This document shows positions 32,782-42,988 of a stretch of 64,000 bases of DNA, piece after piece (within the stretch, counting starts at the first letter, position 1; every line of letters begins with the position of its first letter). The notes below the pieces were generated by a model. That model ran no database searches and was not told the DNA's origin. It worked only from the letters and a program-made list of their open reading frames with translations. The translations under genes and the position numbers were made by a program. Origin of the DNA: a bacterium (GTDB lineage Bacteria > Omnitrophota > Gorgyraeia > Aquiviventales > Aquiviventaceae); contig DASWKB010000024.1 in the NCBI GenBank assembly GCA_036396895.1, positions 2,115 to 66,114 on the forward strand, read 5' to 3'.

Positions 32782-34700
32782 GCGTCAGCTCCCGCGTGCG
32801 CCCAGACGCGCCGAGCCTTCCGGCGAGCCGCCGTCTGCCTGAGCCAGAGCTCAGTCGTCAGCCACACCCACAGCGCCCCGCCCGCATCCACCCGGCCGCG
32901 GCAATGCGCGTCAAGCAGCGCGAGCAGCCCGGCGCGATTCGCATAGCGCGACACTTCGGCCTGGCCCGAACCCAGGAGGTCCTGCACTGCGTCGCGCCAA
33001 CTCCCGCGGAACCAGGCACCGACCGGCACGCCGAATCCGGCTTTGCCGCGGCCGGCCGTCTCCGGCGGGATGAGATCCGCGCATGCGCGGCGCAGGAGCC
33101 ACTTGGTCCGGCCCGCCCTGATGCGCATCCGATCCGGCAGTGCCGCCGCAAATTCGATCAGCGCCGTATCGAGCATCGGGGAGCGCAGCTCAAGGCCGTG
33201 GGCCATGCTGCAGCGATCGGCCTTCACCAGCAGCTGCGACGGCAGGTAGTGGGTGAAATTCAAATGCAGGAGCCGTCCGAGCGTCGTGCACCCCGCCGAT
33301 TCGGCCCAGCGCTCGCGGACCATGCCGGACAAGCCGCCGCGAGTTCCGACCGAATCCAATCCTTCGGCGAGCCATGCCCACGGATCTCGCACGTACGCGG
33401 TCCATTCCAAATACGCCTCCGGAAGCGAACGCTCCGCAGAGCGGGCGAAACGCTTGACCCTGGCCGCAAGGCTGCGTTCGTGTCCGTCAGGCAGCAGACG
33501 CGCCGCCCGCGCCGCCAACCGGGCCATCGCGCGCGGCATCCGTTCGGCCCACAGCGCCGCCCGCATCCGGTCGTATCCGGCGAAGAGCTCATCGCCGCCG
33601 TCGCCGGTCAGCGCCACCGTCACGTGCCGCCTGGCCAGCTCCGAGAGCAGATACAGCGGGAGCGCCGCCGTGTCGCCGAAGGGCTGATCGTACTGCCGCA
33701 CGAGCCGCTCCACCAGCTCGATGGGCTGCGGACCGACCGGGAACGTGGTATGGAGGGCGCCCACCCGTCGCGCGGCCGCCTCCGCATACCGGCTTTCATC
33801 GTATCGCGGATCGTCCGGAAAGGCGATGCTGAACGTCCGCACCGGGCGTGCCGGCTCAGCTGAGCTCATGAGCGCCGTCACGATGCTGGAATCCACTCCC
33901 CCGCTCAGGAACGCCCCGACCGGCACGTCAGCCACCAGGCGGCGGCGCACCGCCTCCGCGAGCAGCTCCCGAAGACGCCCCGCGGCCTCTTGATCGGTCA
34001 CCGGTCCGCGGGTCTTCCACTCGAGCCGCCAATACCGCTCCAGAACCGGCTCGGACGCCCCGGGCCCGAATCGCGCCATGGTCGCCGGCGGAACTTCCCG
34101 GATGCCTCGATAGGCGGTGCGCGGCTCGGGCGCGTGCCCGAACGCCAGCACCCCCGGCAGCGCCGACTCATCGACGTCGCACGGCACGTGGGCATGCGCG
34201 AGAAGCGCCTTGATTTCGGAGCCGAACGTCAGGCACGTGCCGTCCGTCCAATAGAACAGCGGCTTCTTGCCGATCCGGTCTCGGGCGAGCAGCAGCGTGC
34301 GACGCCCTCCATCCCAGACGGCCAGCGCGAACATGCCATCCAGCCGCCGCACGACGTCCGGTCCCCACTGGAGGTACCCCCGCAGCACGACCTCGGTATC
34401 CGACGCGCTGTGGAATCGATGCCCTCGAGCGGCGAGCTCCGAGCGTAGCTCGCGGAAGTTGTAGATTTCTCCGTTGTAGACCAGCCAGACCTTGGAGTCT
34501 GTGTCCGCCATCGGCTGCCGCGCCGCGTCACTCAAGTCGATGACTTTCAAGCGGGCATGCGCCAGGGCGATGCCGGGTTCCGGCGATGCCGCCACGCGCT
34601 CATCAGGGCCACGATGGCGCAAGATGTCCGCCATCGCCGCCGGGTCATCCGGCGGGATCGGCTCCGCATCCCAATGCACCATGCCTGCAAAACCGCACAT
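32778..34700 (-). CDS. asparagine synthase-family glutamine amidotransferase (AsnB-type), copy 1
   Basis: MCGFAG N-terminal nucleophile Cys, GEIYNF, and SGGVDSS PP-loop. Confidence 0.9.
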   Translation of the reverse strand: MCGFAGMVHWDAEPIPPDDPAAMADILRHRGPDERVAASPEPGIALAHARLKVIDLSDAARQPMADTDSKVWLVYNGEIYNFRELRSELAARGHRFHSASDTEVVLRGYLQWGPDVVRRLDGMFALAVWDGGRRTLLLARDRIGKKPLFYWTDGTCLTFGSEIKALLAHAHVPCDVDESALPGVLAFGHAPEPRTAYRGIREVPPATMARFGPGASEPVLERYWRLEWKTRGPVTDQEAAGRLRELLAEAVRRRLVADVPVGAFLSGGVDSSIVTALMSSAEPARPVRTFSIAFPDDPRYDESRYAEAAARRVGALHTTFPVGPQPIELVERLVRQYDQPFGDTAALPLYLLSELARRHVTVALTGDGGDELFAGYDRMRAALWAERMPRAMARLAARAARLLPDGHERSLAARVKRFARSAERSLPEAYLEWTAYVRDPWAWLAEGLDSVGTRGGLSGMVRERWAESAGCTTLGRLLHLNFTHYLPSQLLVKADRCSMAHGLELRSPMLDTALIEFAAALPDRMRIRAGRTKWLLRRACADLIPPETAGRGKAGFGVPVGAWFRGSWRDAVQDLLGSGQAEVSRYANRAGLLALLDAHCRGRVDAGGALWVWLTTELWLRQTAARRKARRVWAHAGADA

Positions 34701-35642
34701 TCAGCACTGCTCCCGATCAGCATTGGCGTTCACTGTCTCAGCCGCGTCCCAAGCGCAAGGTCCGGGGCCCGCGCCGATGGCGCTGCCATTGCGGAACGCG
34801 AGCGTATCCAGCATGACACCGTAGCGAAGCAGCGGGGCGATCAGCCGGCGCAGCACCGGGCGCCGCATGAAGGCGTGCAGGAGGTTCCGCAGCCGCTGGG
34901 GGCCGTCATAGAACTGCGTCGGATTGTAGTCCAACACCCGCTCAAGCGTCACATCCTCGTAGCGGTCATAGTAACGCCCGAGCATGCGCAGATGAAACCC
35001 CGGCGAGCGGAATGAGAGCAGCTCGTCCAAATACGCCGCGTCCCGCCCGATCATCGCGTACAGTCGACGGCGCAACGCACGCGGGAAATAATGGATGAGC
35101 CACGTCTGCGAATGCGAATCGTAGGGGATCGAGCGATGGGGCACCTGGTGCAGACAGGCTCCGCCGGGCGCCAGCACGCGGGCGCCCTCCCGGTAATACG
35201 CGTGGAGGTAATCCGCCTTCACGTGCTCGAGCACCTGCTCACTGTAGATGAAGTGGAACACGCCGGAGGGAAAGGGGAGCGTCAGACCGTCGTACTGGAA
35301 AAAGCGATCACCCTCGACGCCGAACAGCTCGCGGGCGATCCGGTTCTGCTCAGCCATCGGGTGCAGATCCACACCGTACGTGTCGAGATACCCGAGCGCC
35401 AACAGCGAGAATGCCGTCGCGCCCACTCCGCAGCCGTAATCGAGCACTCTCACCTGCTCCCGCGGAACATGTCCCGCATGCCGCAGCAGCTTCTTCATGA
35501 CATTGCGGTGCCCATAGACCAGGCAGTTCGCTGCCACCTCTCGCCGATAGTCCGCAACCAATTCGCGCGCGCAAGAAAGGCCTCCAGGCCGCCGCGCCTG
35601 CTCCAGGATCCTGACGAACTGTTGATCGATCGGATCAGCCAT
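34701..35642 (-). CDS. class I SAM-dependent methyltransferase
   Basis: VLDYGCGVGATAF and FIYSEQVLEHV. Confidence 0.75.
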   Translation of the reverse strand: MADPIDQQFVRILEQARRPGGLSCARELVADYRREVAANCLVYGHRNVMKKLLRHAGHVPREQVRVLDYGCGVGATAFSLLALGYLDTYGVDLHPMAEQNRIARELFGVEGDRFFQYDGLTLPFPSGVFHFIYSEQVLEHVKADYLHAYYREGARVLAPGGACLHQVPHRSIPYDSHSQTWLIHYFPRALRRRLYAMIGRDAAYLDELLSFRSPGFHLRMLGRYYDRYEDVTLERVLDYNPTQFYDGPQRLRNLLHAFMRRPVLRRLIAPLLRYGVMLDTLAFRNGSAIGAGPGPCAWDAAETVNANADREQC

Positions 35643-37059
35643 CGGCCCCTGCCCCTCGCCCGACCGCGGGCCGCGACCGCCCTGCCCACCAGGCCGCCAA
35701 GGTCGCGGTCGCCGGCATGCCGATGGCTAACCAGAAGGGGTACCGGATGCGGTACAGCGCCCCCACGTTCGCCACGACCAGCCCGAGCAGCAGCATCCCG
35801 CCGAGCGCAAACGCCGTCAGCATCCACACGCCGGGCCTCGTGCGCGCGCGGACCAGGCTGATGCCGGTGAGCAGCAGCAAGCCGTACATCAGCGCCGTCT
35901 CGGCCCCGGCCAGCATCCGGCCGAGCCGTCCGGTTTCCCGGCCGCGCTCGAACCAACTGCCCGGAAAGGGCGCAAGCAGGCCGATCTGCAGGGCGCGCGG
36001 CATGTATCGCAGCACATCGGAGGCACGGGTGAAATGCACTTCCCGGTCGATATTGGACCCCGCGTAAGGAAAGAACGTCGTGAAGTCATTTCGCGCGTGG
36101 GCAATGGCCACCAGCACACCACTGAACCGCCCTCGCGTGTAGGCGAGACGCTCGGCGAATACAGGCTGTCCATCGGACGTATACCAGATCCGCTGGTTCG
36201 CGGGCAGCGCGTCTTCAGATATGCCCTTGGAGCGCATCTCAAGTTCCCGCTCGGACATCACAAGGCTCTCCGGAATCGGTGGCACCCCCGACGCCTTGTT
36301 TCGCTCGAACCAGACCGTGGCGGTGCCGAACGCGAACAGGAGCGCCGCCCCCGCTAGGCACGACCGCCAGGGCAATGCCCGGCGGCGCCATGAGACGCCG
36401 AGCAGCGTCAGGCACGCGAGTCCCCAGATCATGCAGTTGTACTCGCTCATGTACCCGCGGACTGCGCTGGCCATGAAGAACCCAGCCACGACCCAGACGC
36501 TGATGCGCACGATGCGCCCTTGGCGGTCTTCGCGAGTCTCGACCAGCAGGACGGCCGCGTAACAGACCGCGAGCTCGCCGGCGATGAACCAGGGGTCCTT
36601 GATGAGTTGCGTCAAGTGCAGGAGAAGCGACGGCCACAGCCCCACGATCAGCGCAGCCAGCCATCCCGCACGCGGACCGAACAGCTCCCCCGCCAGACGG
36701 TTCGCCATCCACACAAGCAGGAGATACATGGCGGTCAACAGCGGGAGTATGCTCAGGCGTGAGTCGCCGAACACCGCCATCAGCAAGGAGGCCGCCCGGC
36801 TGTGAATCGGCGCCTGTCTGGCCATCCACGACCGCCACCCATCCTCGCCAAGCACGCGCCGCAGCGCCGCTGCTTCGTGCTGCGCATCACTGGCATCGAT
36901 CGCAAAGTTCCAATATCCGTTTTGATTCCGCAAATCCGGGCGCCATTCCGAGCGCGCCAGCGCCCACATGCCAACCGTCGCGACCATGTGCACGCCGGCC
37001 AGAATCAACAGGAGCTTCGCGAGTGATGGTCGCCGTTCTCTCGCCAATGCCCGGCTCAT
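35635..37059 (-). CDS. polytopic membrane protein (possible GT-C-fold glycosyltransferase or polymerase)
   Basis: 474 aa with many hydrophobic spans by eye. No catalytic motif confidently recognised. Confidence 0.55.
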   Translation of the reverse strand: MSRALARERRPSLAKLLLILAGVHMVATVGMWALARSEWRPDLRNQNGYWNFAIDASDAQHEAAALRRVLGEDGWRSWMARQAPIHSRAASLLMAVFGDSRLSILPLLTAMYLLLVWMANRLAGELFGPRAGWLAALIVGLWPSLLLHLTQLIKDPWFIAGELAVCYAAVLLVETREDRQGRIVRISVWVVAGFFMASAVRGYMSEYNCMIWGLACLTLLGVSWRRRALPWRSCLAGAALLFAFGTATVWFERNKASGVPPIPESLVMSERELEMRSKGISEDALPANQRIWYTSDGQPVFAERLAYTRGRFSGVLVAIAHARNDFTTFFPYAGSNIDREVHFTRASDVLRYMPRALQIGLLAPFPGSWFERGRETGRLGRMLAGAETALMYGLLLLTGISLVRARTRPGVWMLTAFALGGMLLLGLVVANVGALYRIRYPFWLAIGMPATATLAAWWAGRSRPAVGRGAGADG

Positions 37060-37850
37060 ACGCCCCGTTCCTGTTCAGCGCCTTTGCGCGCAGTGACAAT
37101 CAGGTGAGTGGCCATGTCTCGCAGGCCGGGGAGATCGCTCACGCGATCATCCGTCCGCTCCCACCGCCGCAGCGCGCCCGGCAGCAGCGTTGGAGCCAGC
37201 TTCTCCAGATAGATGAACGGGCCGAAGAAGCGGCCGGTGACGCTGATAGCCGAAAACCCCGCCGCCGCGAAGGCCCGGCGCAGGCCGAGGCTCGTGTCGA
37301 ACCGCTGGGGGAGCTTGGGAAACGGCAGGCCAGGAATGCGCGAGCACAGCGTGTTGTAGAGCCCGTACCCCGACGCGGCCATCAACGGGGCGGCGGTGAT
37401 AAAGCACACCCCGCCGTCATCCAAGACGCGCCAGACCTCCCGCAGCGCCGGTTCCAACCGGTCAAGATACCGGATGACTTCGATGGAGACGACGACATCG
37501 AAGCTCCGGTCCCGGCACGGAATCGCCCCAAGCTCTCCACGAAAGATGGGACACTCCGGGACAGCCCGTTTCGCCCGCGCGGACATGTCCGCGGACGCGT
37601 CCAGCCCGACCGCCCGATGCCCCATCGCCCGAAACCGGGCCAGATTGAATCCCGTGCCGCATCCGGCGTCCAGAATCCGCTGAGGCGCCGGCCGTGTCCG
37701 GAGCATCTCCTCCAACGCCTGTTCGATCTTCATGCGGCCGTATGAAAACACGCTCCCGTAGGGGTTCTCCCGGTAGACGTCGTAGCGGCGCTCGAAGAGC
37801 CCCACGTGCCGCGAATGATACTCGATGGCCTGTGTCTCGACGTCCTTCAT
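37056..37850 (-). CDS. class I SAM-dependent methyltransferase
   Basis: ILDAGCGTGFNL and FDVVVSIEVIRYL. Confidence 0.8.
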   Translation of the reverse strand: MKDVETQAIEYHSRHVGLFERRYDVYRENPYGSVFSYGRMKIEQALEEMLRTRPAPQRILDAGCGTGFNLARFRAMGHRAVGLDASADMSARAKRAVPECPIFRGELGAIPCRDRSFDVVVSIEVIRYLDRLEPALREVWRVLDDGGVCFITAAPLMAASGYGLYNTLCSRIPGLPFPKLPQRFDTSLGLRRAFAAAGFSAISVTGRFFGPFIYLEKLAPTLLPGALRRWERTDDRVSDLPGLRDMATHLIVTARKGAEQERGV

Positions 37851-40093
37851 CCCGCCGCTCCAGCGGCCACCACTTCCCTGGATTCGGCCGCAGGCTGCCC
37901 GAATCGCCTCGCCGCCTCAGACATCGTGAGGATGTCAAGCGTCCCCTCGCGACGACGCCGGTCGGCGTACTCGAGAATCCGCTCGAATCCCCAGAGCAGG
38001 CGGTCCTGTTCCACTCCCAGCGTGCAGGGATGCGTCCACAGGTGGAACACCGCTCCCTCACGAATCGCCGCATCGATCCCCCGCCGGGCGCGGGCCACCC
38101 GCGCCCGCACAGGGATCAGACGCCGCCACCCGAACATGAACTGGTACATCATGCTGCCCGGAAGCTCCCACAGGCCCGGCAGCACCTCATGCGCCACGAC
38201 AGGCTCGGGCGTCCGGGCCAGCACGTCCTGCAGCACGTGGCGGAGCTTTCCTGCCCATCGGAGGCGCGCGTCCCGGAAGAGCTCGCGGGTCGGGCCGCGA
38301 TACACACAAAACCCCGCTTCGCGGGCCAGCGCCAGGTGGCCGATCCGGTCGCGGGGGTACACCAGCGCCCGCAGCTCGGCACCGAACCGCGCGGCCGCGT
38401 CACGCGCCGCGCGGAACTCGTCCCGCGCGAGCTCCGGCGCGCACCCGTCCTCGCTGAGTTCGACATGAGAAAAGCCGTGGCAGCCAAGCTCCTGAGGCAC
38501 GCGGCACGCGAGAATGCGCCTGACGAGGTCCGGTGCGTACCAGAGCGGCGCCGCGCTCCATCGCGTGCAGGGATCGAACACGTACCAGTCGCTCCCATCG
38601 GGCAGGCGTCCGTGCTCCAGATCCTGATGCGCCTCCCCGTCCGTCCGGGCGCACGTATCCAGACAGAGGTGCCCCGTCACGGCCCACGTCGCGGACACCC
38701 CGTAGCGGGCCAGCAGCGCAAGGAGCTCCTCCGACGCGCTCCGCCCGGCCAGCAGCGCGCCCGCGCGCCGCCGAAACCACATCCGGTGGAGCGTGCCCCA
38801 CGCAAGCTCAAGATCGAGGGAAATGACCATCACGCCTCGCGCATGGCTCTTGCTGACGGGAGCAGCCCCCGTTGAGGCGGATGACGTCGAGCGACGCGCG
38901 GTGCGGCCTGCTCGACCACGACGAGTTCGCGGTGTGTCGGCAAGCTCCGTGTAGAGTGCCTCATACTGCGCCGTGATCTGCGCGATGCTGAAGTGCTCGA
39001 TGATTCGCGCCCTGGCCGCTTCACCCAGGCCGCTCCGGGCCGCCGGGTTCATCCGAACAACGTGGGCGATGGCCGCCGACAGCGGCGCGATCTGCCCCGC
39101 CGGCACCACGAGGCCGGTCTGCCCGACCAGCGCCGGCGCGTCCCCGACATCGCTCACGATGCACGGGACACCGCAGGCCATGGCTTCCCCCACCGCGTTC
39201 GGGCAGCCCTCCCCATACGTCGATGCAGAGCAAAGCACGTCCATCCCGGCCATCAACGCGCCGACGTCGCCGCGCTCCCCGAGCAGCGCCAGTCGCGATC
39301 GCCACTCGCCGCCGGGCAGCATCGCCCTGAGCGCGCGATTCTCGTCCTCGAGCCCCGCCCCAATCGCCACCACGTGCAAGCCGGGCATCAGCCTCGCCGC
39401 CTCCGCGACGGCGCGAAAGAACACCCCATGCCCTTTCATGGGATGCCAGCGCGCCACGATACCGACGATGGCGGCGGACTCCGGCCAGCCGAGCCAATCC
39501 CGCAACGCCGCTCCGGCATCCGGATCCGGGCGGAACGCGTCCGTGTCGAATCCGTTCGGGATGACGCGCATGCGCGCCGTCTCGTACCCCATCTTGGCGT
39601 GCACCGCCTTCCCGCGATGGGAATTCACGACGATCGCATCCACCCTCCGCGAGAGCCGCGCGTTCGCCGCGACGATGAGACGCGTCAGCAGCGAGCCCTC
39701 CGACAACCGCATGTCGGAACAACGCAGATTCCAAACCAGCGCGGGCCCGCGAACCAGCCGCGCCACGGCGAAGCCCGCGAGATCCGCGTGGTACAGCCAC
39801 GTCTGGATCACATCGGGCTCCATCGCCCGCGCGATGCCCGCCAGGCGCCGCAGCACCCTCGGCCCCGCCGGCCGCCCCCGCCGCAGCCCGAGCGCGTGGA
39901 CGCGGAACCCCGCCCGCTCGAGCCGCTCGCCCACGGGACCGGCCCGGGTGAGCGAGACGATCTCGGTCTCGAACCGCGCGGGGTCCATGCGGAGCGCGAG
40001 CTTCTCGAGCATGCGCTCCGCCCCCGCGGTCTCGAGATCCGTGCTGATGTGGAGGCAGCGGACCGCGCGGCGGCTCATGCCGGTTTTCCGCAT
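37847..40093 (-). CDS. fusion protein: GT4 glycosyltransferase (N) plus polysaccharide-deacetylase-like domain (C)
   Basis: N-terminal half has EGCPNAVGEAMACGVPCIVSDVG. C-terminal half starts VMVISLDLELAWG and has HGFSHVEL, resembling the CE4/deacetylase fold. Confidence 0.75.
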   Translation of the reverse strand: MRKTGMSRRAVRCLHISTDLETAGAERMLEKLALRMDPARFETEIVSLTRAGPVGERLERAGFRVHALGLRRGRPAGPRVLRRLAGIARAMEPDVIQTWLYHADLAGFAVARLVRGPALVWNLRCSDMRLSEGSLLTRLIVAANARLSRRVDAIVVNSHRGKAVHAKMGYETARMRVIPNGFDTDAFRPDPDAGAALRDWLGWPESAAIVGIVARWHPMKGHGVFFRAVAEAARLMPGLHVVAIGAGLEDENRALRAMLPGGEWRSRLALLGERGDVGALMAGMDVLCSASTYGEGCPNAVGEAMACGVPCIVSDVGDAPALVGQTGLVVPAGQIAPLSAAIAHVVRMNPAARSGLGEAARARIIEHFSIAQITAQYEALYTELADTPRTRRGRAGRTARRSTSSASTGAAPVSKSHARGVMVISLDLELAWGTLHRMWFRRRAGALLAGRSASEELLALLARYGVSATWAVTGHLCLDTCARTDGEAHQDLEHGRLPDGSDWYVFDPCTRWSAAPLWYAPDLVRRILACRVPQELGCHGFSHVELSEDGCAPELARDEFRAARDAAARFGAELRALVYPRDRIGHLALAREAGFCVYRGPTRELFRDARLRWAGKLRHVLQDVLARTPEPVVAHEVLPGLWELPGSMMYQFMFGWRRLIPVRARVARARRGIDAAIREGAVFHLWTHPCTLGVEQDRLLWGFERILEYADRRRREGTLDILTMSEAARRFGQPAAESREVVAAGAAG

Positions 40094-41022
40094 ACCAGGG
40101 TATACCAGGTCACAGATAATTCCTCCTCAGGCATCGCAGCATACGGGGCCGTCAGGCGCTCGCGGGCGAAGCCTGCTCCGAACGGCTCCCGAACCGCGTG
40201 GTCCCTCATCAAGGCGAGCCCGCACTCCTCGATGAGGGTCCGCCACTCGGACGCGCGGAGCCGGTTCGCCCATGAGCTTCGCCGGCTCGTCATCAGCTCC
40301 CAGAGACGCGGCGAGTATCGCAGGAAGCGCAGCCAATCCATGCCGGGATTCAGATGGTAATGGTCGCGCAGGTCGATGATGTGGCACATCACGCCGCCGG
40401 GCCGCAAGACCCTCGCCAGCTCCTTGAAGACCGCCCGGGGATCCTTCACGTGCTCCAGCACGCTCTTCGACCAGATCACGTCGACGGAATCCGGCTCGAG
40501 CGGAAGCCGCGTCCCGTCGTAGAGATCGAGATGCAGCACGTCGGGCGGAATCGGGCCAGACGGATCCAGCCGCTCCGGGCGGCACGTACCCGCGCCCGGC
40601 AGCGCCCCGCGCTCCAAGGCGTCCGCGAGCCACCGCCGGGTCCCGGCGTACGTGCCCGGATCGCGCGCGGAGCCGTCGAGGTACGGCGCGACATCCATGG
40701 CGACCGCTTTCGAGGCCCCCAGGAGCAGCGCCGCCACGAGCATGTCGGGCGTCTGTCCCGGCCCCAGCTCAAGGACCGTCTTCCCGGCTGGCGCTCCCGT
40801 GCCCTCCAGCAGCGCGCGCAGCACCGGCAGAATCTTCTCCGGCGACCGGCCCATCCCGGTATGATGAAATCGCCGCGCCGCGCGTTTGACGCCCGGCACT
40901 GCCATGCACGCGTTCTGCACGACATGGCGCACGGGTGAGTCCATGACGGCCTCCCACACACCGGCACGATCCGTGCGCGCTGATTCGCGGTTCACCTGCT
41001 GATCCATTTGCCCCTTGCGCAT
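40075..41022 (-). CDS. class I SAM-dependent methyltransferase
   Basis: VLELGPGQTPD and IWSKSVLEHVKDPRAVFKELARVLRPGG. Confidence 0.75.
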   Translation of the reverse strand: MRKGQMDQQVNRESARTDRAGVWEAVMDSPVRHVVQNACMAVPGVKRAARRFHHTGMGRSPEKILPVLRALLEGTGAPAGKTVLELGPGQTPDMLVAALLLGASKAVAMDVAPYLDGSARDPGTYAGTRRWLADALERGALPGAGTCRPERLDPSGPIPPDVLHLDLYDGTRLPLEPDSVDVIWSKSVLEHVKDPRAVFKELARVLRPGGVMCHIIDLRDHYHLNPGMDWLRFLRYSPRLWELMTSRRSSWANRLRASEWRTLIEECGLALMRDHAVREPFGAGFARERLTAPYAAMPEEELSVTWYTLVCGKPA

Positions 41023-41036
41023 TCACTGCGATGCCA

Positions 41037-41140
41037 GGGGTGGGACATGGGACGCGGGACCGGGAACATGTCTCCGCGCCTCAACGCTCGTCCTCTCCCT
41101 GCGCCACGTCCCCTGTCTCAAACGTGAGCCCTGTCCACGC
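41037..41140. repeat. hepta-4 array plus partial inverted copy
   Basis: gggacat-gggacgc-gggaccg-ggaacat ... cacgtcccctgtctc...gccctgtcc. Confidence 0.65.
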
Positions 41141-41152
41141 GTTTCCCGCTCC

Positions 41153-41173
41153 CACGTGACACGTGACACGTTG
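41153..41173. repeat. hepta-3 tandem array just downstream of the 41187 gene stop
   Basis: cacgtga-cacgtga-cacgttg. Confidence 0.8.
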
Positions 41174-41186
41174 CGCTCATCTTCCG

Positions 41187-42359
41187 TTAACACGGAACAG
41201 GCGCCATTTCGATCCGGCGGCGCGACGGCGGAGGCACCCGCCCGCCCAGCGCGAGCTCCGTAAAGAGCGCGTCGTACTCACCCGCCACGGCGCCGACGTC
41301 GAAGCGTTTGGCGGTTTCCGTTGCGCGCGAGCTCAGCCGCCGCCGGAGCTCGGGGTCGCCCGCCAACGCACGGATCGAATCGGCCAGCGCCGCGGGCGAC
41401 TCCGGTTCGCACAGGAGGCCGTCCTCTCCGTGCGTGATGATTTCATCGGGGCCGGCGGGGCACCGCGCGGCAATGACCGGCGTTCCGCAAGCCATGCCCT
41501 CGACGATCACGTGACCGAAGCCCTCCCAGCGCGACGGCACGACGAGCATGTCCGCCTGCGCCATCCAGGGATACGGGTTCTCGGACCACCCGAGAAATGT
41601 CACGCGGTCCAGAAGGCCGAATTCAGCCGCCATCCCCTCAAGCGCCCGCCGCTCCGGCCCGTCGCCGAGCACGGTCAGCCGCACGGGGAGGTCCGGCAGG
41701 CTCCGGCAGGCATGCAGCAGGATGTCGATGCCCTTTTGACGGATGAGCCGCGCGACGGCGACGATCCGGAGCCCTTCGCGCCCGCGCAGCGCCGGCTGCG
41801 CGGCGTGCCGCAGCGACGCGATGCGCTTCAGATCGATCGGGTTGTAGATGGTGCGCACGCGCTCCGGCGGAACGCCGTAGCGCGCCCGGATGTCCGCCTC
41901 CACGCCGCGCGAGAGCGCCACCACGCGGTCCGCCTGCCGGTACGCCCAGCCGAGCAGCCGGTCGAAGGGCCCGCGCTTCAGGCGCCCTTCCGCGCTGCGG
42001 TGGTTCGATTCCCGAAGGACCAGCGCGCACGGCCGGCCCGCCAGACGCCACGCCGCCGTGAGCGCGAGATCGGCGTCCGGCATCGGCGCGAACGCGACCG
42101 CCGGCTTCGCTCGCCGCAGGATGCTCGCGAGCGGCAGCACCGCGTGCCGCACTCGCCGCGCGCGCAGCGGAATCTTGCGGACGTCGGCGGAGAGCTCCGC
42201 CGCGAACGGCCCGCCCGTGCCGAGGGCCAGCAGCACCTGCCATCGCCGGCGGTCGAGCCCGTTCGCCAGCGTCAGTGTCGTGCGCTGGGCGCCTCCGATC
42301 GCGAGCGACGGCAGGAAGATGAGGAGCCTCATGGCGCCTCCGGAAGACGCGAGCGGCAC
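41187..42359 (-). CDS. GT4-family glycosyltransferase
   Basis: MRLLIFLPSLAIGGAQR and PSRWEGFGHVIVEGMACGTPVIA. Confidence 0.85.
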   Translation of the reverse strand: MPLASSGGAMRLLIFLPSLAIGGAQRTTLTLANGLDRRRWQVLLALGTGGPFAAELSADVRKIPLRARRVRHAVLPLASILRRAKPAVAFAPMPDADLALTAAWRLAGRPCALVLRESNHRSAEGRLKRGPFDRLLGWAYRQADRVVALSRGVEADIRARYGVPPERVRTIYNPIDLKRIASLRHAAQPALRGREGLRIVAVARLIRQKGIDILLHACRSLPDLPVRLTVLGDGPERRALEGMAAEFGLLDRVTFLGWSENPYPWMAQADMLVVPSRWEGFGHVIVEGMACGTPVIAARCPAGPDEIITHGEDGLLCEPESPAALADSIRALAGDPELRRRLSSRATETAKRFDVGAVAGEYDALFTELALGGRVPPPSRRRIEMAPVPC

Positions 42360-42988
42360 ACGAAGAACTGGTGGTACGGGTTTTCCCTAGGGCGGAACTC
42401 GCGCGCGATCCGGAACCGGCGCGCGATCATCCCGCGCACCCGTGTCTCGGAATAGCCCCGCCGGTTGATTTCCCACTGATGCTTGCGGTCATGCGGGTGC
42501 CGGCGCGTCTTGAGAAACGGCACAGGCAGCCTTCCCGCCCAGCGGACCTTGGGCAGACGCGCTTCCAACTGCACATAGAACCCGCCGTGAGGCAGCGAGA
42601 GGATGAGTTTCCCGCCGGGACGGAGCACGCGGGCCAGCTCCGCCAGCGCCGCGTCGAGCTCCGAAAACGGCAGGTGCTCCAGCACCTGGCAGCAAAACGC
42701 GATATCGGCACACGCCGTCGCCAGCCCCAGTGCCGTCACCGACGTCAGCACCTCCGGGCTTCTCGCGGGATCAATATCCACATCAAGAAACCGGCCCCGG
42801 CACCCGAGCCGCCCGGCGTACCAGGGAATGAAGCCCGCGCCCGTGCCCACGTGCACGATGAGCGACGCGTCCGCGAGCTCCGGCATCGCGGCCTGGATCT
42901 GATAGTGGTACGACGCCAGCCGCTGGGGGGTCTCGTACCGCAGCGGGTGGAATCCCGCTTCGATCTCAGCGGCCGTCTCGCCGGCCAT
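42329..42988 (-). CDS. class I SAM-dependent methyltransferase
   Basis: HVGTGAGF and FCCQVLEHLPFSELDAALAELARVLRPGG. Confidence 0.7.
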   Translation of the reverse strand: MAGETAAEIEAGFHPLRYETPQRLASYHYQIQAAMPELADASLIVHVGTGAGFIPWYAGRLGCRGRFLDVDIDPARSPEVLTSVTALGLATACADIAFCCQVLEHLPFSELDAALAELARVLRPGGKLILSLPHGGFYVQLEARLPKVRWAGRLPVPFLKTRRHPHDRKHQWEINRRGYSETRVRGMIARRFRIAREFRPRENPYHQFFVCRSRLPEAP